DNA from: Lama guanicoe
Taxonomy: Eukaryota
NCBI GenBank assembly: GCA_013239625.1
Contig: MU057202.1
Span: 2,803,101-2,867,100 of the forward strand
Direction of reading: 5' to 3'
Length of the DNA stretch: 64,000 nt
Below are positions 24,600 to 36,129 of this stretch, piece after piece. Numbering within the stretch: position 1 is the first letter of the stretch; every line of letters begins with the position of its first letter. The notes beneath the pieces were generated by a model. It was not told the origin of the DNA. It worked only from the letters and a program-made list of their open reading frames with translations, and made no database searches. The translations under genes were made by a program, and so were the position numbers.

Positions 24600-25030
24600 G
24601 GTCCCCTCGTCCCAATTCCTGGAACCTGTGAACACATTAGGTTTCGGGGCACAAGGGACTTTGCAGACTTGATTAAGTTCAGGATGCTGTGGGAGGAGAT
24701 GGTCCTGGGTACCCAGGTGGGCCCACTGCCAGCACAGTGTCCTTGTGGGAGGGAGGCAGGAGGTCAGGCAGGAGCGAAGATGCTGGGCTGCAGCTTTGAA
24801 GACAGAGGATAGCCTGCAAGCCAGGGAACCCGGGCGCCTCCAGAGGCTGGGAAGGGCCAGGAAGGGACCCTCCCCAGAGCCTCCGGGAGAAGCAGCTCTA
24901 TGGACGCCTTGATTTTAGCCCCTGAGATAGTGTCTGACTTCTGGCCTCCCAACTGAGATGGTGAATTTGTGTTTAAGCCGCCATGTTTGTGGTCATATGT
25001 GATAGTGGCCCCAGGACCTTCACACACACT
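24600..25030 (+). mobile_element. MLT1 LTR
   Basis: agggactttgcaga...gacgccttgattttagcccc...tgacttctggcctcccaactg. Confidence 0.75.
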
Positions 25031-25272
25031 GTAAACCCTGAACACACATTTGTGGGATGAGCAGACTTGTTCCTTTGATTTTCTGCAACTTTCTTCTTTA
25101 GTGTAGACTTTCTATTGGAATACAATGTGTGAACAGTAAAGGGCTTGTATCCTCAGTGTCCACAGCCTGATGAACTGTCACAAGAGGCCAGTGTCGTGGA
25201 CCCAGAGCCAGAGCGTGACCAGCGTGTGGCAGAAGGCCCCTGGGGAGCTCCCAGTAACAATGCTCCTTCAAG

Positions 25273-25610
25273 CGTGTATTGGGTTGAATGGTGTCCCCCC
25301 CAAATTCACATCTACCCAGAACCTCAGAATATGACCTTACTCGGAAACTGGCCTTTGCCGGTAAGACAAGATGAGGTCTTGCTGGGGTAGGGTGGGACCT
25401 AAATCCGGTGACTAGTGTCCTTTCAAGAGGAGGGGCACTTGGACACGTGAGGACGGAGGCAGGAAGGACCCGCCCCGGGGTCTCAGGTTGGCTCCCAGTC
25501 CTGCCCGACCCTGATATGGATTTCAGGCCTCTAAGCTGCAAGGGGACATGTTCTCGTTGTTTGAGGCCCTGGGTTGTGCCAAACTGTGGCAACAGCCCCA
25601 GGACACCGAC
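25273..25610 (+). mobile_element. MLT1 LTR (internally deleted)
   Basis: gggttgaatggtgtcccccccaaattcacatctacccagaacctcagaatatgacctta is the MLT1 5' end. Confidence 0.75.
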
Positions 25611-28600
25611 ACAAAGGGCTCTGTGGCTTATGTGCAGCTCCATGGGGTGTCCCCAGTTCGGACCTTCTGGAAGGGGTCACATGGGGGTAGCAGGCAGTAC
25701 GGGCTTCTCTCGCCCAGCAGGAGGCTGGTGGGCTTCTCCACGTGGCCCGTGGCTGGGTTTACGTGCCAATGTGGGACCTCACCGCGGTCTCTCCCTGCCC
25801 TGGGTCACAGGCCCCTAGGCGGTCCCTGTACTGGGCTGTGGTGGCTGGAGCACTCTCAAACACGCCCTGGACAGTGCGCACACCTTGAAAGCGTGTGCTG
25901 GCTGCACACCCAGAAGTGACTTGCTGAGTCACAGGCTTCAGCAAATGCCACCCTGAAGTTTCCAAAAAGGTCGAACTCACTTATACCCGCTCCAAGGCAG
26001 GATGTGAAACTCAGGAACCGTCTGTCAACACTGGATGCCTCATGTTTGCTCAGCCCAAAGCAGGGAGCATCACTTAGGGAAAACGGGGTGGGAGAGCGCA
26101 GAGGGTTGAGAAACTCCCTGATCCAGGGGAGATTTATCCGAATGGAATTTGTATTTGTGCCACCTGCAGAGCTCTGAACACACACACGTTCAGAGCTGCA
26201 CTAAACTAGCCCGGGTTGCTGGGATCAGAGAGTTTAGTTCCTCTGAGCAGAATTGATGATTCCCCACTGCACCCTGGCCTCCTGCCCCGGGGGCTCTCAG
26301 GGGACGTGTGTCAGGACATGGGCAGAAGCAGGCTCTGTTGTGGCGGGGTTTCTGGTGTGGACCCGGCACCTCGTGTTTGGTGACAGAGGCAGGTTTCCCC
26401 TCGGGAGAAGCAGGAATGGACAGAGGGTGGCCAGCCGAGGAGGACAGACACCAGCTCAGGAAATGGGCAGAGATGCCAGAACACGTGACTCCCAAGTCCA
26501 GCTGGGCCGTGGCCTGGGGGCTTGGTCTGGGCCACCCCGTCGTACCAGCCCCACATCCCTAGAGTTTCCTCCGAATTTCCACTTGCATCACGGTACAGGG
26601 AGAAACTGACAGCGGGAGAGATGGACTCCCCTTTCCGGCGTGGCCCCTCTCGGGTGGGCTGCGACTGAGGTGTACATGAGGAGGCTTCCTGGGATGACCC
26701 CAGGGGCCACACCTGGGAGGGAGGCAGCCCCGGGCACAGGGAGTGGTCGAGCTGCGCGAGGTCACGGCTGAGGCCTCAGCCAACACTACGGGAGCTCTGG
26801 GGCTGGGGACTCTCCAAGAATTGTCCCAAACTGGGGACAACTGGGGACATGTCCAGCTGTCATTGGATGCAGGCCGCCTACAGAGACAGGGTGAGCTCTG
26901 GGTGAGCGGCCTTCTCCGGCCAAGGGCAAGTTGGGGAGGGCCCAGCAGAGAGCAGCCAGCGGCCATTCTCGGAGTACAGGGCCCAGCCTGGCCGAGTCCG
27001 TCCCAGCTGCCTGAGCCAGCCAGCAGCCAGCACCTGTTGCCCTGGGCCCCCAGCTGGGCAAGCCGCAGAAGCTGCCCTGCCCTCTGGGATGGGAATCCGG
27101 GCAGGGTGCACCTCTGGCGACCTCACCCCGCACTCCCCGGGCTCTGTGCCCTGTGTGTGTCAGCCTCCTTCTTGGGCTGCGGCCAAGCAGTAGCCGTTTC
27201 AGGCCTCACACTGAGGCCTTAACCCTCACGCACCTGGGAAATGGGTGGTCCTCCTACCACCCCCAATTCACAGGTGGGAAGGCAGGCTTCGGTGGGGGAG
27301 ACACCAGCTCAGACTCTCCTGGCTGGAGAGTGGTGGGCCGAGATGCCACAAAAACGGACACTTTCGCCCCTGGGAGGGCTGGTTGGCCCCTGTTCCCTGA
27401 CTTCCATCTAAGTGTCTCCAGGGACCTCCAGCGTCCAAAGTGTTCTTAGAGGTGAGCCAGGGAAAGAGAAAGCCAAAAGGGATTCCCAACGTGGCAATGA
27501 CTCTCAGGGGCAGAGAATTCCCACAGCCCCAGTCTCAGGGAGGGAGGGGCTCTGCCCAGCCGGGGGCAGCCACCACGCAGCAGGGGGTGGGGGTGGAGCA
27601 GGACTCACAGCCGAGGGGCCAGGAGGAGCGGCTCGGGAGGAAGCATCATGTGCAAAGGCCCTGGGTGCGCCCCAGGCAGAGAATGCCCCAGCCGCTGAGA
27701 GAAGGCTGTTGTGGCCTGGGGTGCAGCGGGAGGGGCGGGGGCTTCGACAAAGGTTGGAAAAGTAGGTGAGGCAGACGTTGCAAGACTGTCTCAAAAGCAA
27801 CAGGCACTGAGATATGTCCTTCAAATGCCTGCTCCTGGGGCCTCACTCCTGTTTACCCAAGTTGGCAGTCAGCACACAGGGCTCAGGACAGAACCTGTGA
27901 CTTGTGCCAGGCACTGCCTCAGGGGGACAGTTCATTCGTCAGCCCCTGGGGGTGGCTGTCCTGGGGCTCACACAGCAGCCTCTCCCACAGCCAGCCTACC
28001 CATCTCCGAGGAGACAGGAGCCGTGAACCTTGTCAGCTGCCTTCCTGCACCCACATCTGCACCTGCTGCGCTTCTCTGGGTCCAGCAAGTCCTGCCCAAA
28101 AAACCCAGTGGGCTCCTTCTTGTCGATAAAGAAAAGGGTGAAACCCCAAAGCTCTTCAGACGTTGCAATTTTTAAATCACATCTGACGCTTGGGTCTTCT
28201 CACCCCGAACCGGGACCCGGCCGGAGATCTCCACGCAGCCCTCTCGGCCCTCGGACTTTTCCACTCTGTGATTCTAATCACCAATTCCAGTCACCGAAGC
28301 CGGGGGTGGCCCGGTTCTCGAGTGGTCGTTGCCACTGGTGAGCAGGTCTCCAGGAGCTGCAGGTCAGGGCCCAGTCACTCAGTGAGCAGGGCCCGGGGTG
28401 GAGCGCGGGGCCCGGGGTGGAGCGCAGGCCCCACAGCACTCTCCTGCGGTGGCAGAAGGCCCCAGAGGCCCTGGGCCGCCCCTCCTGCCCACGGAGGCCT
28501 GGTCAGGACAGAAGCAAGGGCCCAGAATCAGTGACTCTGGGCTCACTGGCATCTCAGAGATGTCCGGTCCCTAAGGTGCTCTGGGAGCCCGTCCTGGGGG

Positions 28601-29110
28601 CTTCAGGCCTCACAAGGCAGGAAAATGAATCACTCCAGGCCCCTGTGGACGCCAGGATGCTGCCCCGCGTTTCCTACCGGCTGGGAGCCGACCAGGACAA
28701 GAGCACGCCCCGTCCTGCCTCCTCACCGTCTGGGGGCCCCGAGACAAGATGGACAGCCGGGGCTGGGGAGGAAGGAATGCCGACACCTCCCCCCTGATGG
28801 GTGGGGCCCTGGGGTCTGTGGGGCACGTGGAAAATGCACAGAAGACACGACGGAAGGCCAGGCAGCAGCGTGCAGAAGTGTGTGTGCAGGAGGGCGAGAA
28901 TCCTTTTCACGCAGCCGGGTGGATTTCCACCCAACTGGACAGAGGAGTGGCAGCATCCCAAAGAGGCTGCCCGTGTTTCAAGCTGATTTAAAAGTATTGT
29001 TTCGACTTCATGTAGATGGTGCTGAACGTCAGAGCCCTAGGATCCCCGAAAACAGCCAGGGCTCCGCCCCCACCCTCGTGCTCTGGAACCAGCACCACAG
29101 AGACCGCTGC

Positions 29111-29460
29111 CCTCCCCGTGTGACTAGGGGACACTCTCGACGCCCCTGTTTACCTGTGACCAGGACAGATGCCCGCCCTCAAGTTCCCTCTGTGCCTCAG
29201 CAGCGGGGAGCTGACATGCTCATCCCAACCCACCCAGCAAACAAAATGCTCGTTACCCAGACTCGGGAGCGCCCCTCCTCGTCCGGACCCTGAACTCGGC
29301 CCCCTCAGCCCGAGCTGACAGCCCCCGGGACAGGCCTTCTCTCCCGACTGCCCCTCCTGGCCGCCCTCACCCCACCCCCAGCCCTGACCCTTTCCAGCTT
29401 GTCCCCTTCCCTGTGGAAGAGACCATTCGTCTCAACCCCAGATGCCTGCCTCCCCCGGCG
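29111..29460 (+). mobile_element. LTR-like repeat, copy A
   Basis: Direct similarity to 56740-57025; pyrimidine-rich LTR-like composition. Family not determined. Confidence 0.55.
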
Positions 29461-32400
29461 AGAGGACACTGCCCAGCCGCTCTGCAGTGACTTTCCAGCA
29501 GTCCCTCCCTACTCCGGCCAGATCTGGTTTATACCTGCCGTTTCCTCCCTGTGGGACTCCCAGCGCAGCTCTAGGGATGGAGCCCAGAAATAAAAGAGGA
29601 GCAGCTTTACTGGAACAAGTGGCGACTCAGCCCCCAGACCCCGTGGCTCTTTGAGAACCAGGCTGGCAGGGCTGCCCCACCAGGGCGTTAGAGCTTGTAA
29701 AATGTCACTGCAGCTAAAGGAATGGGCAGGGTAGCCGTCACATCCAGGGGCGCCCTCCCACTCCCCATGCTGCCCTTGGGGAAGGGAAAATGCTCGCCAC
29801 CTGGAGGACTCGGCCCCGTGGGCTGTGCAGTGAGTGGACGAGGCAAAACCCTCGTTGGGATGAAGACGGGCCCTGCCTGTGTCCCTGGGGCAGGGAGACC
29901 GCGCCCGCCCCGTCTGTGCCTTGCTCAGGGCACTGGCTGGGGGACCAGAGGGCATGGGCAGCCGCTGCCTGCCCGAGCTTGGAAGGCGTGAGACCCTGTG
30001 GCAGGCAGGGCCAGACCCACGCTGCCTGCGGGCCCGGAGCCCCCCCGGGACACGGGGGTAGGTAAGAGCCCTCTGGGGGCCACGCACCCCCCTCCAAGCA
30101 GCCTGCGCGGAGGTCAACGAGGGAGGAGAGAAGGGCTTCCGGAGCCCCCTGTGCCCCTCTTGGACCCAGAGAGCACGTGTTCTCTGGTGAGACAGGTAGA
30201 GACTGGTTCTGTGGAGGTCTCTTCACCCGGGGGCGTTGCTGTGACTTAAGCCTCACGCTGAATCACAGCTGAGTTCCTACTTGCAGGATTAAATCACCCT
30301 TTGGCTGAACGATCAAGAGCCAGATCTTGCCAGAACTGGACCCCAAGAAGTAACGGGGACCCCTCAGGGCCTGTGGTGTCTGGTCGTGCACATGGGGGAA
30401 CTCAGGAGAAGTTTCTAGCAGGAGGCTGAAGGGTCCTGGGGCCCCGAGAGATGCTGCTAGCCTGGGACAGCCCCGTGAGCGCGGAGCGCGACCCTGGGGG
30501 TGAGGACAAGCTGCTCTCCGGGAGCGTGGACTCCCGCTTCACTGCCCCAGAGGACAATGGGGGAAGTGTCTTCGATGCACACGGGTCCTGTCCAGAGGTA
30601 GGGGCACAGCTAGAGGGAGCTCGAGGAGGGGCACTGCTTCCTCCCGGAGCCCTCTCCGTGGGCCTGGGTCACCCCTACTGCCTCTCCTCTGCTTGCCTGA
30701 CCCATCCCCCCGCCTGCTGAAACCCCGCGCCCTCACGGTGGCTCTGGCTAACTCCACAGAGGGGCATGGCTCCGTGATGTGGAGGTCCCTGCCGCGCTGC
30801 CTGCCCCCCACCCGACCCCCATCCCTTCTGCGGTTCCACACATCCGCACGGCGATTTCCTGAGTCTGGGGACCACAAGAAGCCTCCTTCTGTAGCAGCTG
30901 GCATTCCACAGCCTCCTTCCTCCCCTTCTCCGAACCCAGACGGTTCCGTCTGCACCGTGCTGAGTGTTGCAGGCTGTGGCGCGAACGTGCCTGGGTCTGT
31001 CTCCCCCACAGCCCCCTCAAAGGACCCCCACCTGCTCCACTCAGACCACAAGTGTGGGGCAGTTTGTTTGGGTTGGTTTCAGACCTGTGCTTTCAAGCGT
31101 CCAGACCCTTTCTTATCAGTGACTGTGAAAGGCTGGCCCAGGGCTGCTCTTTCGCTGTTTCCCACCTGCTTCCGTGTGGAGGTAGCAGGACTTGCAACGC
31201 ACTTGCCGGTGCGTTAGGATCCACGCGTCTGATGGAGCTGCCCCCAGATTTTGTTCAGCTAGGCTCCCTGGAGTAGCAGAAGGCACGACAGGTGCTGAGG
31301 GAGCCTGGTGGGCACAGCCCGCTGAGGGCAGGGCAGGGCATCCACCCACTGGACCAGGCAATCCCCTCTCCCCAGCCATCAGCTCGTCACTCACCCCCGG
31401 CCTTGGGGTCCCCTCTGTGGTGGCAGCATTGGGGGCCTGGCCCTCAGCAGGGTGTGCCGCACACTACAGCTGACTCAAGGCAGCCCCACTGCCTAGGGGG
31501 TGGAGTGGAAGCCCCCTGATGGCACCCAAGGCCCCTGGGCCCCCTCCAGTTGCCATGAATAATCCTCCTGCCCTCACTGTGGTTCAGGCTGTGGCCACCC
31601 CACAGGGCCCTCCCCAGGCTGGTGTACCCCTGGCCCACCGGCCAAGGCCCCTGGGGGGGGGGGTTCACTTGCATCCAGTGAGGGCTGAGGGCTGGCGAGG
31701 TTCTCAGCCCTGCTCCACCTTGAGGCTGTGACAACTCCGCTCAGGGGTGTCCTGGAAGTGAGGACACGTGCTTTCCCTTCCCTCCGACCCCCAGCGGGCA
31801 CGTGCCCTCTCCCTGACCTGCTGCTGGTCTGGGCGAGGCCAAGCTCTTCCCTGGGCCTGGAACCTTCTCTCTGCTCTCCTTGGTCTCAACCTCGATGGTC
31901 CTCCTAAGAGGTGGACCCACATTCCTGCTCAGCCCCCTCCCCTCATCCCGGGCCTTCAGCACCCATGGAGCGGTTGACCTCGAGGAGGCTGTCAGTGAAT
32001 GAATGAAGCGGGCCCAGATCAACCCCTCCTGGGGAGGCGCCCCCACAGACGCCCCTACACCCAGAATTCGGCACCGAAGAAAAGACAGGAGACCACCAGC
32101 AGCGCTTGTAAGTCCAATTGTTCTTTAAAAACAAACAACCCCCCCAAATACACAAAACAAAGCAACGCCCCATCCCAAACCAGCCAAGTGTAACAGGTTA
32201 GTCATTAACAGAAGAGAAAGCAGCGTGAAGTCACACACATGTCATTACGCTACGTCACAGAGGGCAGCTGACGTGGCCGGGACCGTGGCCAGGGACCCAC
32301 GGAGCGGCAGGGCTGCATGCCGCCCTGTAAATAAATAAACATGGTGCTGACAGCATCCTTTACATTAGTGACACTTGAGGACAAAACAAAGCAGAACGGC

Positions 32401-32984
32401 TGGACAAACGCTTGCTTGTTACGCCAGAGTTTTGCTTAAAAAAAAAATTAACCCATAAACGTGAACGCTCAGGACACTTGTCAGTAGTCTGGTCAGGAGG
32501 AGCAGAGGCCCCCCCAGAACGCCAACACGGCAGAGCCCGGGTGTCTGGGCTGCATGGGGGCTCAGCGCCAAGAACTGCAGGCCAGGCCCCTGCCCTGCCC
32601 TCATAGGTGCTGGGGAGAGCCACATTTCGACTGCCTTTGACCTCTCAGTGTAAAAAAGGACCCCCAGGACCCCAACACTCCTGCAAGAGTGCCACTGCCC
32701 CGATTCCCCAAGGTGCACGCCATGGGAAGGCCACCGTGGTCTGGACAGACACCTGGCTCCCTGCACCCTGCCAGGTCACCTCCAGAGTCAGTGGTTTGAA
32801 CTCCCCAAATCCCAGAGGGAAGAGGCTGAAATCAGCTCAGACATTGCCCGACCACCGTGGAAGGGCAGGTGGGCAGTGCACCCCAGGCAGCGTCCCACCA
32901 CCTGTACACGGTGCTGTGGTCACTGCAATGGCCAGTTTCCCCCTGGACGTGCACAGTGCCACCAGGCAGGGGTTGCACCAGCTA

Positions 32985-33030
32985 CTGATGCCATTTGCAG
33001 ATGAGAAAACTGAGGCCCAGGGCTGGAGTC
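32985..33030. mobile_element. MIR SINE core in the 3'UTR (similar cores at ~42770, ~46990, ~56010, ~56350)
   Basis: ccatttgcagatgagaaaactgaggcccag MIR core motif. Confidence 0.6.
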
Positions 33031-34754
33031 CTGCCTGATGCAGAAAGTCCACAATCAGGTCTTCTGACTTCCTTGGTGCCATCCTGCCCCCAGGTGTTGA
33101 GCTGGACCGCCAGGTGCGGGGAGACAGCCCCGGGAGGATGCAGTGGTCAAGGAGACTTCAATGGACGTCAGTCCTCATGTGTCTGGAGCCCCAGAGGGGC
33201 AGGGTCTCCTGATCAGCATAAAGAGGGAGGATGGACATCTGGCTGACTCCTGTTCAGCCTCAGTGCCCAGCCTGGGCCCCTCAAGCTGCCTGTCCGGGCT
33301 CCCTGGACCCCTCAGACCGAGCCCAGGTGGGTGGTGTCAGGCTGGACTGGCCACTCAGAGGTCACGTGGCCCCCAGGGAACAGCACCAGCTGGCCTGATA
33401 CCTGGGGGCTCAGCTCAACCTCCCCCTGCTGGGAGGGTCAGGGGTCAGACGCCAAGGCAGAGCCACCAGCGCCTAAATGGGCCTGGAGGGAGATGATGTG
33501 ACCCTAGGTCGTCCTGGGTCCAGGGACATAGGGACAGTGAAGGGAAGCCAACTGGGCCAGATGAGCTTCTGGGCCTCAGCTGCCTCCCCAGGGGAAACGC
33601 CACGGGAACCAAACACACGGTGCCAGCACTGCATCTCTGGAGAGGAGGGGCCGGCCTGCTGGTCCCACCAGGAGTTGGACCCTGGACAGCCAGGTGGTGA
33701 CAGTGGTGGAGGCTGGACTCCAGCCTCCTGACATTCGGAACTGAGCCCAGGACAGGTGACGGGGAGGGGATGGTGGTGTCTTTGCGGGGAGCCAGCCCCA
33801 AATGGCAGCCGGGTTGCCATTCTGCCCTGGAGGGGCTGCCTTGCGGGACACGGACAGGAAGGCCTCGAGGGGTCGTGGCATCGGCTTCCACAGGATTTCA
33901 GGTGTGGAGCATTGAGAGAACTCGAGCTTGGCTCCAAAGCCGATGCAGAGTGGGCCCAAGGCAGCGTGGTCCACAGGCCAGGCTAGGCTGCTGCCCATTC
34001 GCCCACCCACAGGAGACGCCTAAGTCCCCTCCATGTCCCCGCTCAGGCTGGCGTCCAGGTAGGGCACACAGTCAGCAGTGCTAAGGTGTCACAGGTGACA
34101 GGGTCGATCCCCACACTGGCCCCGTCCTGCGTGTCCCCATGGGAGCTCCAGGCTCGCCCAGCCACCCTGACCCCTGCTCGGAGCCCCCTGCCCACAGCAG
34201 ACCCCAAGCACGGGAACCGAAGTCAGAACCAGCCGAGGGTCTCTCCTCCTATAGGCCTCTCTGAAGGCGGCTGTTTCACTGAGACTTTCTTTTTCTCTTC
34301 GGAGGGTGGGGAGGGAGCTACCTCGGGTCTTTAAGGCAAAGAGACGTAAACCCTGGGGGTTAGTTTCACAAATGTCACTACAGCTACAACAAACAAACAG
34401 GGAAGCTGAGCGCACGCGCCCGGGCCGCAGTCCACAGGGTGAGGCCGAGTCCCAGGGCGGAGACTGGGCGGGAATGTGGCAACAGGGCCTGGTCCCTCTG
34501 ATGCACATCGTGCTGCCGGCGGCGTTAGGGGAGAAAAGACCCCTCGCCCTGGCCCCCCACCATTTCTTTAAAAAATAATCATCTTGGTGGCATTGACCTG
34601 ACCCAAGATTTAAGTTAAAAAAAATTATACAAAATAAACAAGTGAGAAGAGAGAAGGCCCAACATGGCCAAAAGCCCGCAGTCTCCTCTCGGTTCAGTGC
34701 TCCCGCCTCCACACGCAAGAGGTATCCGTGGAAGTCCGTCCTCTGGGACTAAAT

Positions 34755-34761
34755 TCGTACC
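34755..34761 (-). promoter_or_regulatory. miR-126-3p seed site (GGUACGA, 7mer-A1) in the 3'UTR
   Basis: Plus-strand tcgtacc equals miR-126-3p nt 1-7 (UCGUACC). SLC7A5 is a reported miR-126 target. Confidence 0.65.
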
Positions 34762-34916
34762 AGGTTTCACAGTGGCCCGGCCAGGGCCTGGCAGAGGGAC
34801 AGGGGGCGCTCGGCTGAGCTGCCTGGACGACACGACCAGAGTCGCTTTCCTAGGGTGGGTTGTTCTCAGCGATCTTTGTGCAGTCTTCTTTCCGGCAGCT
34901 TCCCGGCTCCTGTCAC

Positions 34917-34972
34917 TTACGTCTCCTGGGGAACCACGTGCATGAGCTTCTGGCAGAGGACCGTTGTGGAAA
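34917..34972 (-). CDS. SLC7A5: SLC7A5 exon 10 coding part (56 nt, FSTTVLCQKLMHVVPQET*)
   Basis: Acceptor gacAG; LAT1 C-terminus VVPQET; TAA at 34919-34917. Exon lengths sum to 1527 nt (508 aa + stop). Confidence 0.96.
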
Positions 34973-35951
34973 CTGTCAGGGAGGAGAGCGAGTTACTCGG
35001 GGGTCGTGTGATCACGTGCGGGAGGCCCGGGCAGTGAGGGGTGTAGGCACCACCTCCCCAGCCCCTGTCCTCACACCCCTGAGGTTTAAGACAAGCCAGA
35101 AGCTCAGAACCTTACGAGAAACCTCCCGACTCGTGCATGTGGGGCGGGAGGGAGATGACACACCCACCAGGCTGCACTGCCAGGTGGATGCAGAGTGACC
35201 GTGACGTTACCTGGGAGCTGTGGCCAATGCAACAGGGAGGTGCTGGCCCCAGCCCTCACCCCCTTTCAGACCCCAGGGCCACTGGGAGGGACAGGAGGAC
35301 AATGACACCACACACACCTGTCTGCCACCCAGGAGATCCCCAGGACCGGGAGCCAGCGTGCCCTCCGTGGTCCTGCAGATGGGCTGGAGCAGGCGGGTGC
35401 GCTGGGGCCCAGGTGAACCAGTGTCACTCACAGACCCTCCAAGAGCATCACTCAGGGGGATTTCAGAATGGTGGAGTCCTGCCTCAGGCCTTCAGTGTTT
35501 TCTGACAGGTCATTAACAGGGTCTGTGGTCTGGGCTGGAGGCAAAGTGCTCTGGTCTCTGGGCAGGTGCCCGTCAGAACTCCAGGACGGCTCCCCTGTCT
35601 CCCTGACAGTGGTCGCAGGACAGGTGCTAAAGCAGGCGTGTGAGTGACCCTAGGACAGTGCTGTGGGGACCCTGTCTTCTCTCGGCTTTTCTAGGTCAGC
35701 CGGTCGGCTTTAAGCTGGCGGCAGACGGGGGATTTTGTTACTTGGCAAGGGCGGCCTGGTTTTCTGGAATCCCTTGTTCTGAGATTAGCTGGTGCCAAGC
35801 TGAGCGTCTTATCCTGAAATACGTGGGCCAGGTGTCACTGCCAGACCTCCGACACAGCCCAATGCCCCTGCCCCCCGGGCCCGGCCTGCTGCGCCCCTGG
35901 CGGCACAGCCCGGCTGGGCGGGCGGACCCCGGCGGGCCCGGGGATACTCAC

Positions 35952-36129
35952 AGATGCCCTGGAGCAGCCACTTGGGCTTGTTTTTCCACCAGACCCCGAG
36001 GAAGTAGACGGGCAGGCCGCTGAGGATAATGGTGAAGCCGATGCCGCACTCCACGGGGGTCTTCCAGAAGGAGACGGCGATCAGGAACAGGCAGGCCAGG
36101 ATGAAGAATGCCGGGAGGGCCAGGTGCAC
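35952..36129 (-). CDS. SLC7A5: SLC7A5 exon 9 (178 nt, VHLALPAFFILACLFLIAVSFWKTPVECGIGFTIILSGLPVYFLGVWWKNKPKWLLQGI)
   Basis: LAT1 peptide; acceptor ctgcAG, donor GTGAGT. Confidence 0.97.

Larger units (their letters stand above)
32100..34916 (-). other. SLC7A5: SLC7A5 3'UTR (distal end approximate)
   Basis: Follows the stop codon. U-rich blocks on the minus strand at ~34560-34640 and ~32120-32460. Length is similar to the long mammalian LAT1 3'UTR. End inferred; no canonical AATAAA seen. Confidence 0.6.

Noticed and set aside
1-32000. Exons of a neighbouring gene (KLHDC4 is the next gene on this side in human)
   Set aside because: No kelch-like or other recognisable peptide and no CpG-island promoter seen; the region is mostly repeats. 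A lncRNA cannot be excluded from sequence alone.
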